Of a stretch of 64,000 nt of DNA, positions 8,915-19,389 are shown piece after piece (the first letter of the stretch is position 1; every line of letters begins with the position of its first letter). The DNA lies in IMG/VR virus record IMGVR_UViG_3300025809_001850; one strand, written 5' to 3'. A program made the translations under genes and the position numbers. The stretch is from a virus. Lineage: Duplodnaviria > Caudoviricetes. The notes beneath the pieces are model-generated. The model ran no database searches, was not told the DNA's origin, and saw nothing but the letters and a program-made list of their open reading frames with translations.

Positions 8915-9856
8915 TTAAGAATTAAAGAATTTATTTATTTCATTTTTTAGAAAATCTGTGTTTTCTATTTTTTGAGCATCATCAATATCAAAATCTTCGT
9001 GTGGAATTGTTAATCTGTGCATATTACTTCGTCTGCAACATTTGTTGTATTTGATGTGATCAAAGTAATAATCGTGTTTCATCATTTTTCCTTGTGGATG
9101 TGTCATGGGATGAATCATGTATATCGTGGAATGATTTACAAATGGTTTTGCTGATAAATAAGGTTGAAGCACTACAAACGGATTTGAAGAAGTGTATAAG
9201 TTGTTTACACGGAACGAAAGTTCAGTTTCTGCGTGAGTAGCAATGATACCATTTGCACGACAATTTGAACCATACAATAAACTCGCATACGCATTTTTTC
9301 TGTCACCTATAAACAGAACCCGTGTGTAATTCTCAATGAGTTTTTTGATACGAGCAGAAGTTTCTTTGAAAGTATTTCCAACACCTTCTATTTTATTCAT
9401 AAACCACGCATCGTGTGGATCGGTGATAGTGATGATGTCAACATCAGGATATTTTGACTCAATCGGAATTCTAGAATCAAGTACATTAATTTCACGGGTA
9501 AGCAATCTTTCTTCGGTACTGACATTTAGATAAACTGTAATTTCTTTTAAAGTTTCATCGTAATTTGAAAGATACTTTAAAAGTTCCGGATTCAATTCTT
9601 CGTAATCTTGGTGATAATAATTAGAGTATTCACCTGTGTACCATTCGTTTTCAATTGCTAAATTATAGTTTTCTTTATTTTTTCGTGCATAATCAAGTTT
9701 CAGTTCAGTAATTGCATTATCAATTTGCGTTTTTTCTGTATCAGTATACAACATTTCAGTTTCATTGAAAGTAGTTTCCACCGAATTTTTGAACAGAACA
9801 ATTAAATCTTTTGAGATTCTGCTTTTCTTGAGTTGCAATACATTTACATTTTCCAT
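8915..9856 (-). CDS. hypothetical protein
   Basis: 313 aa ORF; ATATTTAT motif 4 nt upstream of ATG. Confidence 0.7.
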   Translation of the reverse strand: MENVNVLQLKKSRISKDLIVLFKNSVETTFNETEMLYTDTEKTQIDNAITELKLDYARKNKENYNLAIENEWYTGEYSNYYHQDYEELNPELLKYLSNYDETLKEITVYLNVSTEERLLTREINVLDSRIPIESKYPDVDIITITDPHDAWFMNKIEGVGNTFKETSARIKKLIENYTRVLFIGDRKNAYASLLYGSNCRANGIIATHAETELSFRVNNLYTSSNPFVVLQPYLSAKPFVNHSTIYMIHPMTHPQGKMMKHDYYFDHIKYNKCCRRSNMHRLTIPHEDFDIDDAQKIENTDFLKNEINKFFNS

Positions 9857-9932
9857 GTATATAAATATGATTTGTGTTGCAAATCATTCGCAAAGGTATT
9901 ATATTATACATTTAACACAACAAACAAAAACA

Positions 9933-10388
9933 ATGGGATTAGATCAATACGCATACGCACGTCCACCTCGTAAGAGAAATTGTGACGAAGATGAACACTT
10001 AGAAGAATGGCGCAAGCATAATCGTTTGCAAGGCTGGATGGAACAACTATGGGAATCAAAAGGATGTCCTGTTCCTGCTACTTCTTATGACGAAGATGAA
10101 GACGAAGAGGATGAAGACGATTATTCAGATGGTGGTTTCAATGGTATTGAATTACAATTAGATGCTTCTGATATTGAGTATCTTGAAGAAGCAATTCTAA
10201 ATCAAGAACTTCCTGAAACAAGTGGTTTTTTCTTTGGAAGTGATTCATACACTTGGAATAAAGAAGGTGACGGAGAAGATAAAATTCAAGAAAATTATTA
10301 CTACAAAGAAATGGATTTGCAGTTTGTAGAAAACGCAAAACAAGCAATTCAAAAGAAATACAGAGTTTACTATAACTGCTCTTGGTGA
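9933..10388 (+). CDS. conserved phage hypothetical protein
   Basis: MGLDQYAY...WRKHNRLQGWM...YYNCSW pattern, common in phages. Confidence 0.75.
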   Translation: MGLDQYAYARPPRKRNCDEDEHLEEWRKHNRLQGWMEQLWESKGCPVPATSYDEDEDEEDEDDYSDGGFNGIELQLDASDIEYLEEAILNQELPETSGFFFGSDSYTWNKEGDGEDKIQENYYYKEMDLQFVENAKQAIQKKYRVYYNCSW

Positions 10389-10419
10389 GTGTTACTTAAA
10401 AACTGATAACGAATACGAA

Positions 10420-11082
10420 CTATAAAATCATATATTGAACATATTCTTGATTAGGATAATTCTCTAACAAAATATACTTCATTGTCTGAGGTTCTAATAT
10501 CAACCAACCTTGGTTAGTAAACACCAAGTTGACCATGTGTAATCCATTGCTTGCAGGAACTCCACCAAATTCGTTAACTTGACGAACAACTACAACTGCA
10601 ACACCCATTTCGAATTTATCACCACTTTTGTATGCTGATATACCCATAAGTGATTTGTATAACATTGCAAAGTTATCACAATCTAATGCAGGATGATTGT
10701 TTTCTTGACCACTTTGAATCCCTGCTTCAAATAAAAGTTTTTCAAACCAATTATTAAATTTGCGAAAGAAATAGTAATCAACATCACGATAACGAGCATC
10801 AAACAACACAACTCCAAAATCAGTTGGAACTTTAGTATCAACCCAATTATGTGATTTTTGCTGAGAGAAGCTTCTTCCTATGTCAAATCTATCAAGATAA
10901 TTCTTTGGATTAATTTTATGTTCAATGTTTTCTCCTTCCATTACAGGTATATCAATTAACTCACGCATATCAGTTTTTGTTTTGCACGAAGAACCTGCCA
11001 TAAGTACGATGGCAACACCTGCACATACAAACACTAAACAACTCCAACATATATTTTTAAATCTACTCTTACTCATAATCAT
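10420..11082 (-). CDS. putative lipoprotein with papain/transglutaminase-like Cys-His-Glu domain
   Basis: Signal anchor with GSSC; DCDNFA ... HMVN ... ILEPQT motifs. Confidence 0.5.
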   Translation of the reverse strand: MIMSKSRFKNICWSCLVFVCAGVAIVLMAGSSCKTKTDMRELIDIPVMEGENIEHKINPKNYLDRFDIGRSFSQQKSHNWVDTKVPTDFGVVLFDARYRDVDYYFFRKFNNWFEKLLFEAGIQSGQENNHPALDCDNFAMLYKSLMGISAYKSGDKFEMGVAVVVVRQVNEFGGVPASNGLHMVNLVFTNQGWLILEPQTMKYILLENYPNQEYVQYMIL

Positions 11083-11303
11083 TTCCTTTAGTTATTATAA
11101 TAAATATTAGTTTTTATAATAAATTGATTTTTTTATGATTTAGTTAATGTTTTTTCATGTTAGATGTAACTTGGTTGTTATCAAACTACATTTTAATGTG
11201 TCAAATTTGAAGAAAATTAAAGTTTTTAACGTATTTATAAAAAAGAGATGAATTGCCAATAGCAAATTCTCATTGATGATAAAAATAATGTATAATAAAA
11301 CAC

Positions 11304-12557
11304 ATGAAACGCAAACAAAATACCAATACTAATGATACAGGTGATACTGGTGATGCTAATGATGCTAATGATACTGGTGATGCTAATGATGCTAATGATA
11401 TGGACAGTGTAAATCACCCAACACCAAATCCAACCAGAATAGATTCTCAGTTGATTGAAGATGACTCTGACATAATGTCATTGAGTGATGTAAGGGACAC
11501 TCATCAACTACACAAATCAGCAATAAAGCGAGTAATTATAACAGGAGTGACAGGTCAAGACGGAAGTTTTATGGCAGATTATTTGTTGAAAAATACAGAT
11601 TGTATGGTGTATGGAGCAGTTCGTAGACTAAGTGTAAAAAATTACACGAACATTCATCATTTGAAACGAGAAGATCGTTTTCAACTTATCAACTTGGATT
11701 TAACTGATGATTATAGTATTCGTGACGCAATCACCGAAATCAAACCTCATTACTTTTTGAACTTTGCGGCTCAAAGTTTTGTGGATGGTTCTTGGGATTA
11801 TCCAATACAAACTTGGGATACAGATGCAACTGCGGTTTTGCATATGCTTGAAAGTATTCGTAAGTTTACTCCTTATTGTAGATTCTATAACGCAGGATCA
11901 AGTGAAGAATTTGGTGATGTTATTACAGATCCACAGAGTGAAGAACATCCACTTAGACCACAAAGTCCATACGGAGCAGCCAAAGCAGCTGCAAGGCATC
12001 TTGTGCGTGTTTATCGTGAGTCATACGATTTATATGCAGTTCAAGGTTGGTTGTTTAATCACGAAGGAACTCGCAGAGGCAAAGAATTTGTAACAAGAAA
12101 AATTACTCATACAATTGCTAAAATTAAACACGCACTTGAAAAGAATAAAAAATATGATGTATTAAAATTGGGAAATTTAGATGCTCAACGAGATTGGACA
12201 GATGCAGAAGACTTTATGTCGGGAGTATGGTTGATGATGAACCAAGATGCTCCTAAAAATTATGTTCTTGCAAGTGGTAAAATGAATAGTGTTCGTGAAT
12301 TTTTACAAGAAACTTTAAAATGTGCAAACATCAAACATAAAATAATTGGTGACGGTGAATATGAAAAGTTTTTAACCGAAGATGATAAACTCATAATGGA
12401 AGTTGATCCTAAATTTTATCGTCCTGCCGAAGTTCATAAATTAAGAGGAGATTGCACTCTTGCAGAAAACGAACTAGGATGGACTCGCATATACAATTTT
12501 AAGAAACTTGTAAAAAGAATGTACGAAAGTGATTATGAGCAACTTAAAAATAGATAA
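11304..12557 (+). CDS. gmd: GDP-mannose 4,6-dehydratase with acidic low-complexity N-terminal extension
   Basis: ITGVTGQDGS, AAQSFV, AGSSEEFG, PQSPYGAAK, LFNHE, GNLDAQRDW motifs. Confidence 0.95.
   Translation: MKRKQNTNTNDTGDTGDANDANDTGDANDANDMDSVNHPTPNPTRIDSQLIEDDSDIMSLSDVRDTHQLHKSAIKRVIITGVTGQDGSFMADYLLKNTDCMVYGAVRRLSVKNYTNIHHLKREDRFQLINLDLTDDYSIRDAITEIKPHYFLNFAAQSFVDGSWDYPIQTWDTDATAVLHMLESIRKFTPYCRFYNAGSSEEFGDVITDPQSEEHPLRPQSPYGAAKAAARHLVRVYRESYDLYAVQGWLFNHEGTRRGKEFVTRKITHTIAKIKHALEKNKKYDVLKLGNLDAQRDWTDAEDFMSGVWLMMNQDAPKNYVLASGKMNSVREFLQETLKCANIKHKIIGDGEYEKFLTEDDKLIMEVDPKFYRPAEVHKLRGDCTLAENELGWTRIYNFKKLVKRMYESDYEQLKNR
11328..11399 (+). repeat. eight tandem 9-bp units (ACTGGTGAT / GCTAATGAT types)
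   Basis: Encodes TND-TGD-TGD-AND-AND-TGD-AND-AND; contains a 27-bp higher-order repeat twice. Confidence 0.9.
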
Positions 12558-13518
12558 AACTAGCAAAATATACGTCGCAGGATCATCCGGAATGGTCGGT
12601 TCTGCGGTTGTTAGAAAATTGCAAGCAGAAAATTATACTAATATAGTAACATCAAGAAGCAAAGATGTAGATTGTCGTGATCAATTTGTTGTAAATGCTT
12701 TTTTTGCAAAACATAAATTTGATGTGGTTGTAATAGCAGCCGCAAAAGTTGGTGGAATTATGGCAAACAACGATTTTCGTGGTGACTTCATTTATGATAA
12801 TCTTCAAATTCAAACGAATTTAATTCATAGTGCAAAAACACACGGTGTTAAAAAACTGATATTTCTTGGATCATCGTGTATATATCCAAAACAAGCACCA
12901 CAACCAATCAAAGAAGAATATTTATTAACTTCAGAACTTGAATATACAAATGAACCTTATGCTATTGCTAAAATAGCAGGATTAAAAATGTGTGAAAGTT
13001 ATTACAAACAATACGATAGCAACTTTTATTCTATTATGCCTTGTAATTTATATGGATACAATGATAACTTTGATTTAAAATCAAGTCACGTGTTACCTGC
13101 ACTAATTCGTAAGTTTCACGAAGCAAAATTGAACAATGATGCAGAAGTAATAATGTGGGGAACAGGAAAACCAAGACGAGAGTTTATGTTTGTTGATGAT
13201 CTTGCAAACACAATTGAACATTGCATTCAAAGCATAAACGCAGACGATGTTTATACTGACACCAAAAGTTGTATGAACTTTGGAAGTGGTGAAGATATTG
13301 AAATTAAAGAACTTGCCGAATTGATCAAACAAATAGTTGGATTTCGTGGTAACATAAAACACGATACCACCAAACCAGACGGAACAATGAAAAAACTTAT
13401 GGATGTTTCATTTGCAAAAACACTTGGACTAGTTACAAAAACTTCATTGAGTGAAGGTTTAAAAAGCACGTACAATTGGTTTTTGCAAAATTATGCTAAC
13501 TCTGATATAAAACTTTAA
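12535..13518 (+). CDS. fcl: GDP-L-fucose synthase (GDP-4-keto-6-deoxymannose epimerase/reductase)
   Basis: AGSSGMVGSA, AAAKVGGI, FLGSSCIYPK, TNEPYAIAKIAG, MPCNLYG, SHVLPALIRKFH, WGTGKPRREF. Confidence 0.95.
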   Translation: MSNLKIDKTSKIYVAGSSGMVGSAVVRKLQAENYTNIVTSRSKDVDCRDQFVVNAFFAKHKFDVVVIAAAKVGGIMANNDFRGDFIYDNLQIQTNLIHSAKTHGVKKLIFLGSSCIYPKQAPQPIKEEYLLTSELEYTNEPYAIAKIAGLKMCESYYKQYDSNFYSIMPCNLYGYNDNFDLKSSHVLPALIRKFHEAKLNNDAEVIMWGTGKPRREFMFVDDLANTIEHCIQSINADDVYTDTKSCMNFGSGEDIEIKELAELIKQIVGFRGNIKHDTTKPDGTMKKLMDVSFAKTLGLVTKTSLSEGLKSTYNWFLQNYANSDIKL

Positions 13519-13525
13519 TTGCTCA

Positions 13526-14371
13526 ATGATAAAAACTTATACAACCGAATTGTGCGTATTTATGTTGGCCACCTCGTTTGAATGCAATGAAGGAGAACTA
13601 CAACGTGCAGTTGATTATTATTTGGCCAACATTGAAACTGATTCAAAATTTGATCTTTTAATTTGCCTTGATAATCTTCCAAAAAGAATACGAAGATTTG
13701 ATAGTTGGATTAATAATACCAAACGGCACGAAAATGTAAATGATGTAATTGTTAACAATTTAGAGATCCCCAAAGACGAAAATATTTATATCAAAAATTT
13801 AATTCCTTCGTTTGATTTAAGCAAACTTAATATGGGCAGATCACATGGAATCAATCATTTATTTTATGAAACTCTTGAATATCTGTTTACAACTAAATAC
13901 AAAAACTTTTTATTGTTGGAATGTGATACCAAACCAGTTACATCAAAATGGTATGATGTTTGCGTGAATCATTGCAAAACACACGATTTCTCTATAGCAG
14001 GTAGCAAATACAAAGGAGTTAAACGTGATTTTATTTTATCTAGATATTTCGGACCACACCTCAACGGAGTTGCTATATACAGAAACTGTACACGCACACA
14101 ACAAATGCTCAGAGACTCCAAATCGTTTTTAATAAAATCACTTGCAGATGATCACAAGTTACCCAAATCCAGACGTGTATATCGTGAGTTTATGAATTAT
14201 GATGTTGCGATTTATCTTCACTTAAAACGAATGAGATCATACACAGGATATCATGATACTAATTTCATAACCAATATCAGTTCCCCTGGAAACGAGAACA
14301 CTTCATTGCAATCTGTGCTACATGAATTTCCAGATACTCAAATACTGCATCAAAAAAATCTATACGAATAA
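13526..14371 (+). CDS. putative GT-A-like glycosyltransferase
   Basis: LLECD (DxD-like), AGSKYKG, HLNGVAIY, NYDVAIY; paralog of the N-terminal half of 14377..15915; sits in the glycan cluster. Confidence 0.5.
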   Translation: MIKTYTTELCVFMLATSFECNEGELQRAVDYYLANIETDSKFDLLICLDNLPKRIRRFDSWINNTKRHENVNDVIVNNLEIPKDENIYIKNLIPSFDLSKLNMGRSHGINHLFYETLEYLFTTKYKNFLLLECDTKPVTSKWYDVCVNHCKTHDFSIAGSKYKGVKRDFILSRYFGPHLNGVAIYRNCTRTQQMLRDSKSFLIKSLADDHKLPKSRRVYREFMNYDVAIYLHLKRMRSYTGYHDTNFITNISSPGNENTSLQSVLHEFPDTQILHQKNLYE

Positions 14372-14376
14372 TTCAT

Positions 14377-15915
14377 ATGAAGTTCGTTGATAAATTTACT
14401 TATACAAATGAGTTGTGTGTGTTTTATACAACAACACTAACTGAATTTAATAACGGAGCATTAACACGTTGTGTTGATCATTATATGAACAATATTCAAA
14501 CAAACTATAAGTTTGATTTGTTATTTTATTTTGATCAGTTTCCACGCAGGAAACGAAAGTTTTTTCGTGAATTAAATAAATTTAAGAAATACAAAAATAT
14601 AAACAATGTGTACATCATAAACAACGAAATTCCTGATGACGAAAACTTTTATTTCAATCGGAATGTTGAAAAACTAGATTTAAATAAATTTCCCCTTGGA
14701 GGTTCACAAGGAATCAATAGTCACTTTTATATATCAATCAATAATTTGTTTGAACGAAGTTATGAAAATTGTATGTTGTTGGAATCAGACACTTGTTCAG
14801 TAGGCAACGACTGGTTTGATGTGCTTCTTGAGTATTCTGTAAACACAGAGTTTGTAATTGCTGGTAGCAAGTATAAGGGTAGAAACAAAGAAGTTGTATT
14901 TAAAGAACACTACGGTGGCCACCACATAAATGGAGTTGCATTGTATAAAAACAATGATACAACGAAAAAGTTGATCCGAGCATCATATCAATTTTTGATA
15001 AATTCATTGCGAAAGGATTTCACAAAGTGTAAACGTCACAGACGATGTAACGGGTGTTTGAATTATGATGTAGCAATTTACTTGTATGCAAAAAAGAAAA
15101 ATTTATCGCATTTACTTCATGATACAAATTTCATTACAAATTTCAGATCAGATGATGATAATGACACCGAACTAAAAACAATAATGCTAAAGTATCCGGA
15201 AACACGAATTGTACACAAAAAAAATTTATATGATGAAGTTGATATAAAATCAACAATTAAAATATTAAAAGAGAATTCAGTATATAGAATTGCTGATTTA
15301 TTTTATATGGATGGTAACCGATGGGAGAAAGATAGAAGTAAAGTAATACAAAGTGAAGAATATAGTGATACCATATTGCACGATTATATGTTAAATAAAA
15401 ACAATGAATTTGATTACGATACATTTAAATCTATCACCCTAAAACATTCCGAAAAGTATGACCTAAAACCCAACGAAGATGATTTAGTTTTTCATTTACG
15501 ACTCGGAGATGTATTTGATATTAATGGTGAAACTAGAATATACAACAGAGCAGATTGGTCTTATCTTCAGTATAAAGTATTTTTTAGAAAAAACAGAGAA
15601 TTTTTAGAAACATTAAATAAGGTAAAAGTAGTTACTGCATTGCACTTTGGTTCTGATGAGTTAACAGGTGATTTCTATTATACAGATAATTACTATAACG
15701 AAAGCATGAAATTTTTTGATTATTTTTGTGGACGTTTACACGACTTTGGTTGTAGTGTTGATGTAATATCAAATGAAAATATTGATAAAGATATATGCTA
15801 CATGATGCAATCAACACACTTTGTACCTGGACTTACAAAGTTATCTACATTGATTTCAACGTGTATAGAAAATGATGCTAAAATATATCGTGAACCTATA
15901 CAAAAATACATTTAA
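14377..15915 (+). CDS. two-domain glycosyltransferase-like protein (GT-A-like plus GT11/fucosyltransferase-like)
   Basis: N-half: LLESD, AGSKYKG, HINGVALY, NYDVAIY. C-half: FHLRLGD and DKDICYMMQSTHFV, resembling GT11 motifs. Confidence 0.5.
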   Translation: MKFVDKFTYTNELCVFYTTTLTEFNNGALTRCVDHYMNNIQTNYKFDLLFYFDQFPRRKRKFFRELNKFKKYKNINNVYIINNEIPDDENFYFNRNVEKLDLNKFPLGGSQGINSHFYISINNLFERSYENCMLLESDTCSVGNDWFDVLLEYSVNTEFVIAGSKYKGRNKEVVFKEHYGGHHINGVALYKNNDTTKKLIRASYQFLINSLRKDFTKCKRHRRCNGCLNYDVAIYLYAKKKNLSHLLHDTNFITNFRSDDDNDTELKTIMLKYPETRIVHKKNLYDEVDIKSTIKILKENSVYRIADLFYMDGNRWEKDRSKVIQSEEYSDTILHDYMLNKNNEFDYDTFKSITLKHSEKYDLKPNEDDLVFHLRLGDVFDINGETRIYNRADWSYLQYKVFFRKNREFLETLNKVKVVTALHFGSDELTGDFYYTDNYYNESMKFFDYFCGRLHDFGCSVDVISNENIDKDICYMMQSTHFVPGLTKLSTLISTCIENDAKIYREPIQKYI

Positions 15916-15943
15916 CAAAATATATCTTTTAATTTTACATACA

Positions 15944-16804
15944 ATGAAACCATTACACCAACAACAAAATATTCCGTGCTTTTATCATGTTCCAAAGAAC
16001 GCAGGAACATATGTAACAAGCATCATGTTTTTGTATATTAGATTATTTAAACAAAAGTATACAAACTGGAATTCATTTGGTAAAGAAACTGGTAGAAATA
16101 TCGTAATACATAACGATAATAAAGAAATCGCACGAATAATCGCAGGTGATCCAAATTTTATATGCAATGAAAGTTTAATATTCAAACGAGGTGTAATTGA
16201 AGATGATACACATTATACAATCAATTTAAATGAATGTTCACATGATGCATTTGTTAACCTGAATATTTTTTCAATAATTATAGAAGCAGACGGATTTGTA
16301 TATCACGATCAAATCAAAAAGTTTTTTGAAAAATATAATTTAATTAATTTTATGATATTACGTGATCCGATTAAACGAGCAGTATCTTTTTTTGATTACA
16401 TAAATTCAGATAAAGCAAAACACGAACCAACTTACGGAATTATTCCAAATAAATTTTCAGAATATGCTAAAAGTGATTACACAGAAGATAGTTGGTTGAT
16501 ACGACAATTCAGCAAAGTGCAAAATTCTGTGGGAATTACTTTAAAAAATTATGTAGATGCATTTCACATTTTAAAAAAATTTAAGATATGTGACATCAAA
16601 AACACAAATAAATTTATAGATGATATATTCAAAAAATATCTGAATCTGAATTTAACAGAAAAACAAAAACAACAAAAAACTTGGGACATAATTTACAATT
16701 CTAAATCAAAAAGTTCTACAATAATTGACGAAGAATCACACAAACTATTGCAACAAAGAATGAAATACGATATTGAATTATACAACAAATTGTTATCATG
16801 CTAA
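15944..16804 (+). CDS. sulfotransferase-like protein (Sulfotransfer_2-like)
   Basis: HVPKNAGT (5'-PSB) and LRDPIKRAVSFFDY (3'-PB) PAPS-binding motifs. Confidence 0.7.
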   Translation: MKPLHQQQNIPCFYHVPKNAGTYVTSIMFLYIRLFKQKYTNWNSFGKETGRNIVIHNDNKEIARIIAGDPNFICNESLIFKRGVIEDDTHYTINLNECSHDAFVNLNIFSIIIEADGFVYHDQIKKFFEKYNLINFMILRDPIKRAVSFFDYINSDKAKHEPTYGIIPNKFSEYAKSDYTEDSWLIRQFSKVQNSVGITLKNYVDAFHILKKFKICDIKNTNKFIDDIFKKYLNLNLTEKQKQQKTWDIIYNSKSKSSTIIDEESHKLLQQRMKYDIELYNKLLSC

Positions 16805-16965
16805 TATCACACAAACATAAGTTCATCACATTTGATATTCCAAAGACTGGAACAACCTCTATTAACAATGCTATTGCTCGGGGTGATATTTTGGAAAAGC
16901 ATGATTTTAAAGTTCAGATGTCACACAGAGTCATTGAGTATTTCGGATATAAATTTGGAGCATAA
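16798..16965 (+). pseudogene. sulfotransferase head-to-tail deletion mini-gene (55 aa)
   Basis: MLISHKHKFITFDIPKTGTTS...IEYFGYKFGA: family N-terminus joined almost directly to family C-terminus. Confidence 0.75.
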
Positions 16966-16968
16966 GAA

Positions 16969-17520
16969 ATGATAAGTCATAAACATAAATTCATATTACT
17001 ACACGCAGGTAAGTGTGCGGGAAGTTCGGTCATAAATTGTCTTAATAATATTATCGATGAACCTAAAATTGAACTTCCTTGCAATCATCCAACTTTGTTA
17101 CAACTTCAGGAACTTGTTACAAAATCTAATCATAACATAAACGAGTATAAGTTAATTTGTATGGTGAGAAATCCATTTGATAGAATGGTTTCATGGTATA
17201 ATCATGCGGTGTATAGAGTTAAAACATTCTCCGGTTCATTTGAAGATTTTTGTGATGACAGACTTAGTGGTACATCCGAAAACTTAATACCCCCCTATAA
17301 CAAATGCAATCATGTTATTCGGTTTGAACATTTACACGATGATTTTGATAAATTTCTTGATATTATAGGTCTTCCTGCTCATAAATTACCCCACGAAAAT
17401 AAAAGTATGAGTAAACAAAAAATTCATTACTCAGTCTTACATACAGAAAAAACGAAACAAATTGTATCTGAGTATTTTTCGTCAGTTATTGAAATGTTCA
17501 ACTATAAGTTTGGGGAATAA
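16969..17520 (+). CDS. sulfotransferase family 2 protein
   Basis: MISHKHKF..HAGKCAGSS, VRNPFDRMVSWY, IRFEHL, C-terminal FNYKFGE. Confidence 0.85.
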   Translation: MISHKHKFILLHAGKCAGSSVINCLNNIIDEPKIELPCNHPTLLQLQELVTKSNHNINEYKLICMVRNPFDRMVSWYNHAVYRVKTFSGSFEDFCDDRLSGTSENLIPPYNKCNHVIRFEHLHDDFDKFLDIIGLPAHKLPHENKSMSKQKIHYSVLHTEKTKQIVSEYFSSVIEMFNYKFGE

Positions 17521-17522
17521 AA

Positions 17523-18173
17523 ATGCTAATATCACACAAACATAAATTCATCACAATTGATATTCCAAAAACTGCTACAAGGTCTTTGCGTGAAACTTTA
17601 TTGCCACAAAATGTAATTGATATTGTAGGTGATCCAAATTTTAATGCAGATTTTTACCAACATGGAACTGCAATGCAATGTTCTGAATCGTTGCAAAAAT
17701 TAAATAAAAACTTTTCAGATTATTTTTCATTTGTTATTGTTCGCAATCCGTGGGATCGGTATTATAGTTTTTTTAAATACTTTAAAGAATATGCGGAAAA
17801 ATATAAAAACAAAGACGCAAGTATAAAATGGAATACACTTGAAATTACTCAAGGTAAACTGTGCGAAGAATTATTCGCGAATAAATCAGATGAAATTGTA
17901 TTGCGAAACATCATAATAAATAATGAATGTCAAAGTGGTTATTATGCAAATGAAAAAAATGAAATTATGGTATCTCATATAGCAAAATTTGAAAATCTAA
18001 ACAAAGAATTTGAATTGCTATGCAATCAAGTAAATGTAAATTATTCACCGTTATTCCACGGAAATAAAAGTGTTATAAAAAGTAGTTATTATAATATTTA
18101 TACCAAGGAAACTATCAATTTAGTCGCAGAAAAAGAAAAGAATGTAATACAATTAAAAGGATACACATATTAA
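17523..18173 (+). CDS. sulfotransferase family 2 protein
   Basis: MLISHKHKF..DIPKTATRS, VRNPWDRYYSFF, KFENL. Confidence 0.85.
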   Translation: MLISHKHKFITIDIPKTATRSLRETLLPQNVIDIVGDPNFNADFYQHGTAMQCSESLQKLNKNFSDYFSFVIVRNPWDRYYSFFKYFKEYAEKYKNKDASIKWNTLEITQGKLCEELFANKSDEIVLRNIIINNECQSGYYANEKNEIMVSHIAKFENLNKEFELLCNQVNVNYSPLFHGNKSVIKSSYYNIYTKETINLVAEKEKNVIQLKGYTY

Positions 18174-18920
18174 ATGAAAATTTACACTTACTATCAGAAT
18201 ATAAATCACGATAAACAACCTGAATTAATTGATTTATGGAAACTAAGTTGGTCTCGACAAGGTTACGAACCAATTGTTCTAAATTTAGAAGATGCAAAAA
18301 AGCATTCTTATTTTGAAACTCTTGATACAGAAATGCGTAAAATTTTCAAAGAAATTACAAACAAGGAAATTTCTGATTACGGAATGAGTTGTTGGTTTCG
18401 TTGGTTGGCATATGCAACCCAAGAAGACGAAAAGTTTTATGTTTCTGATTATGATGCAATCAATATTAATTTTCCAATCACAGAACCTAGCAATCAACTT
18501 CATTTAATGGATAATGCTTGTCCCTTTCTTGCAAGTGGAACACCAAAACAATTTGAAAATTTATGCAAAGCATTTGTGGAACTTAGCAATCAAAGAATTG
18601 ATATTTTAAAACAACAAGCAGATCATTATCATGATCAAGAATTTTTTCAATATAATTTTATTCCAAATTTTAATGATTCGTATGAAGATCTAAGAAATCA
18701 ACATGGCATTTTAATGACACGAACTAGATCACACGAAGGTGGAATTGGGGATTGGTATCTTCCCAATGATAAAAAAAATCCAAGTCCAACAACTTATGGA
18801 GTTTATCATGTTTCTCACAGTAATTGTAGCGTATACAAAACCACAAATACACAAGATAGTTCACTTTCGGCCGAAGAACTCAGAATTTATTTAATAAAAG
18901 ATTTACTTAAAATAAAATGA
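18174..18920 (+). CDS. putative glycosyltransferase-like protein, duplicate copy A
   Basis: WKLSW..QGYEP, CWFRWLAY, SDYD (DxD-like); context in the glycan cluster. Confidence 0.5.
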   Translation: MKIYTYYQNINHDKQPELIDLWKLSWSRQGYEPIVLNLEDAKKHSYFETLDTEMRKIFKEITNKEISDYGMSCWFRWLAYATQEDEKFYVSDYDAININFPITEPSNQLHLMDNACPFLASGTPKQFENLCKAFVELSNQRIDILKQQADHYHDQEFFQYNFIPNFNDSYEDLRNQHGILMTRTRSHEGGIGDWYLPNDKKNPSPTTYGVYHVSHSNCSVYKTTNTQDSSLSAEELRIYLIKDLLKIK

Positions 18921-19389
18921 AAATTTACACTTACTATCAGAATATAAATCACGATAAACAACCTGAATTAATTGATTTATGGAAACTAAGTTGGTCTCGA
19001 CAAGGTTACGAACCAATTGTTCTAAATTTAGAAGATGCAAAAAAGCATTCTTATTTTGAAACTCTTGATACAGAAATGCGTAAAATTTTCAAAGAAATTA
19101 CAAACAAGGAAATTTCTGATTACGGAATGAGTTGTTGGTTTCGTTGGTTGGCATATGCAACCCAAGAAGACGAAAAGTTTTATGTTTCTGATTATGATGC
19201 AATCAATATTAATTTTCCAATCACAGAACCTAGCAATCAACTTCATTTAATGGATGCCCATGTACCATGTTTTGCAAGTGGATCACCAAAGCAATTTGAA
19301 AATTTATGCAAAGCATTTGTGGAACTTAGCAATCAAAGAATTGATATTTTAAAACAACAAGCAGATCATTATCATGATCAAGAATTTTT
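18174..19389 (+). repeat. direct repeat with 743-bp period
   Basis: 18174-18512 = 18917-19255 (339 bp identical) and 18549-18646 = 19292-19389 (98 bp identical). Confidence 0.95.

Noticed and set aside
18513-19291. Diversity-generating retroelement (TR/VR pair) in the duplicated GT-like genes
   Set aside because: Differences in the variable patch are not confined to adenines, both copies are full genes, and no reverse transcriptase is present in the window.
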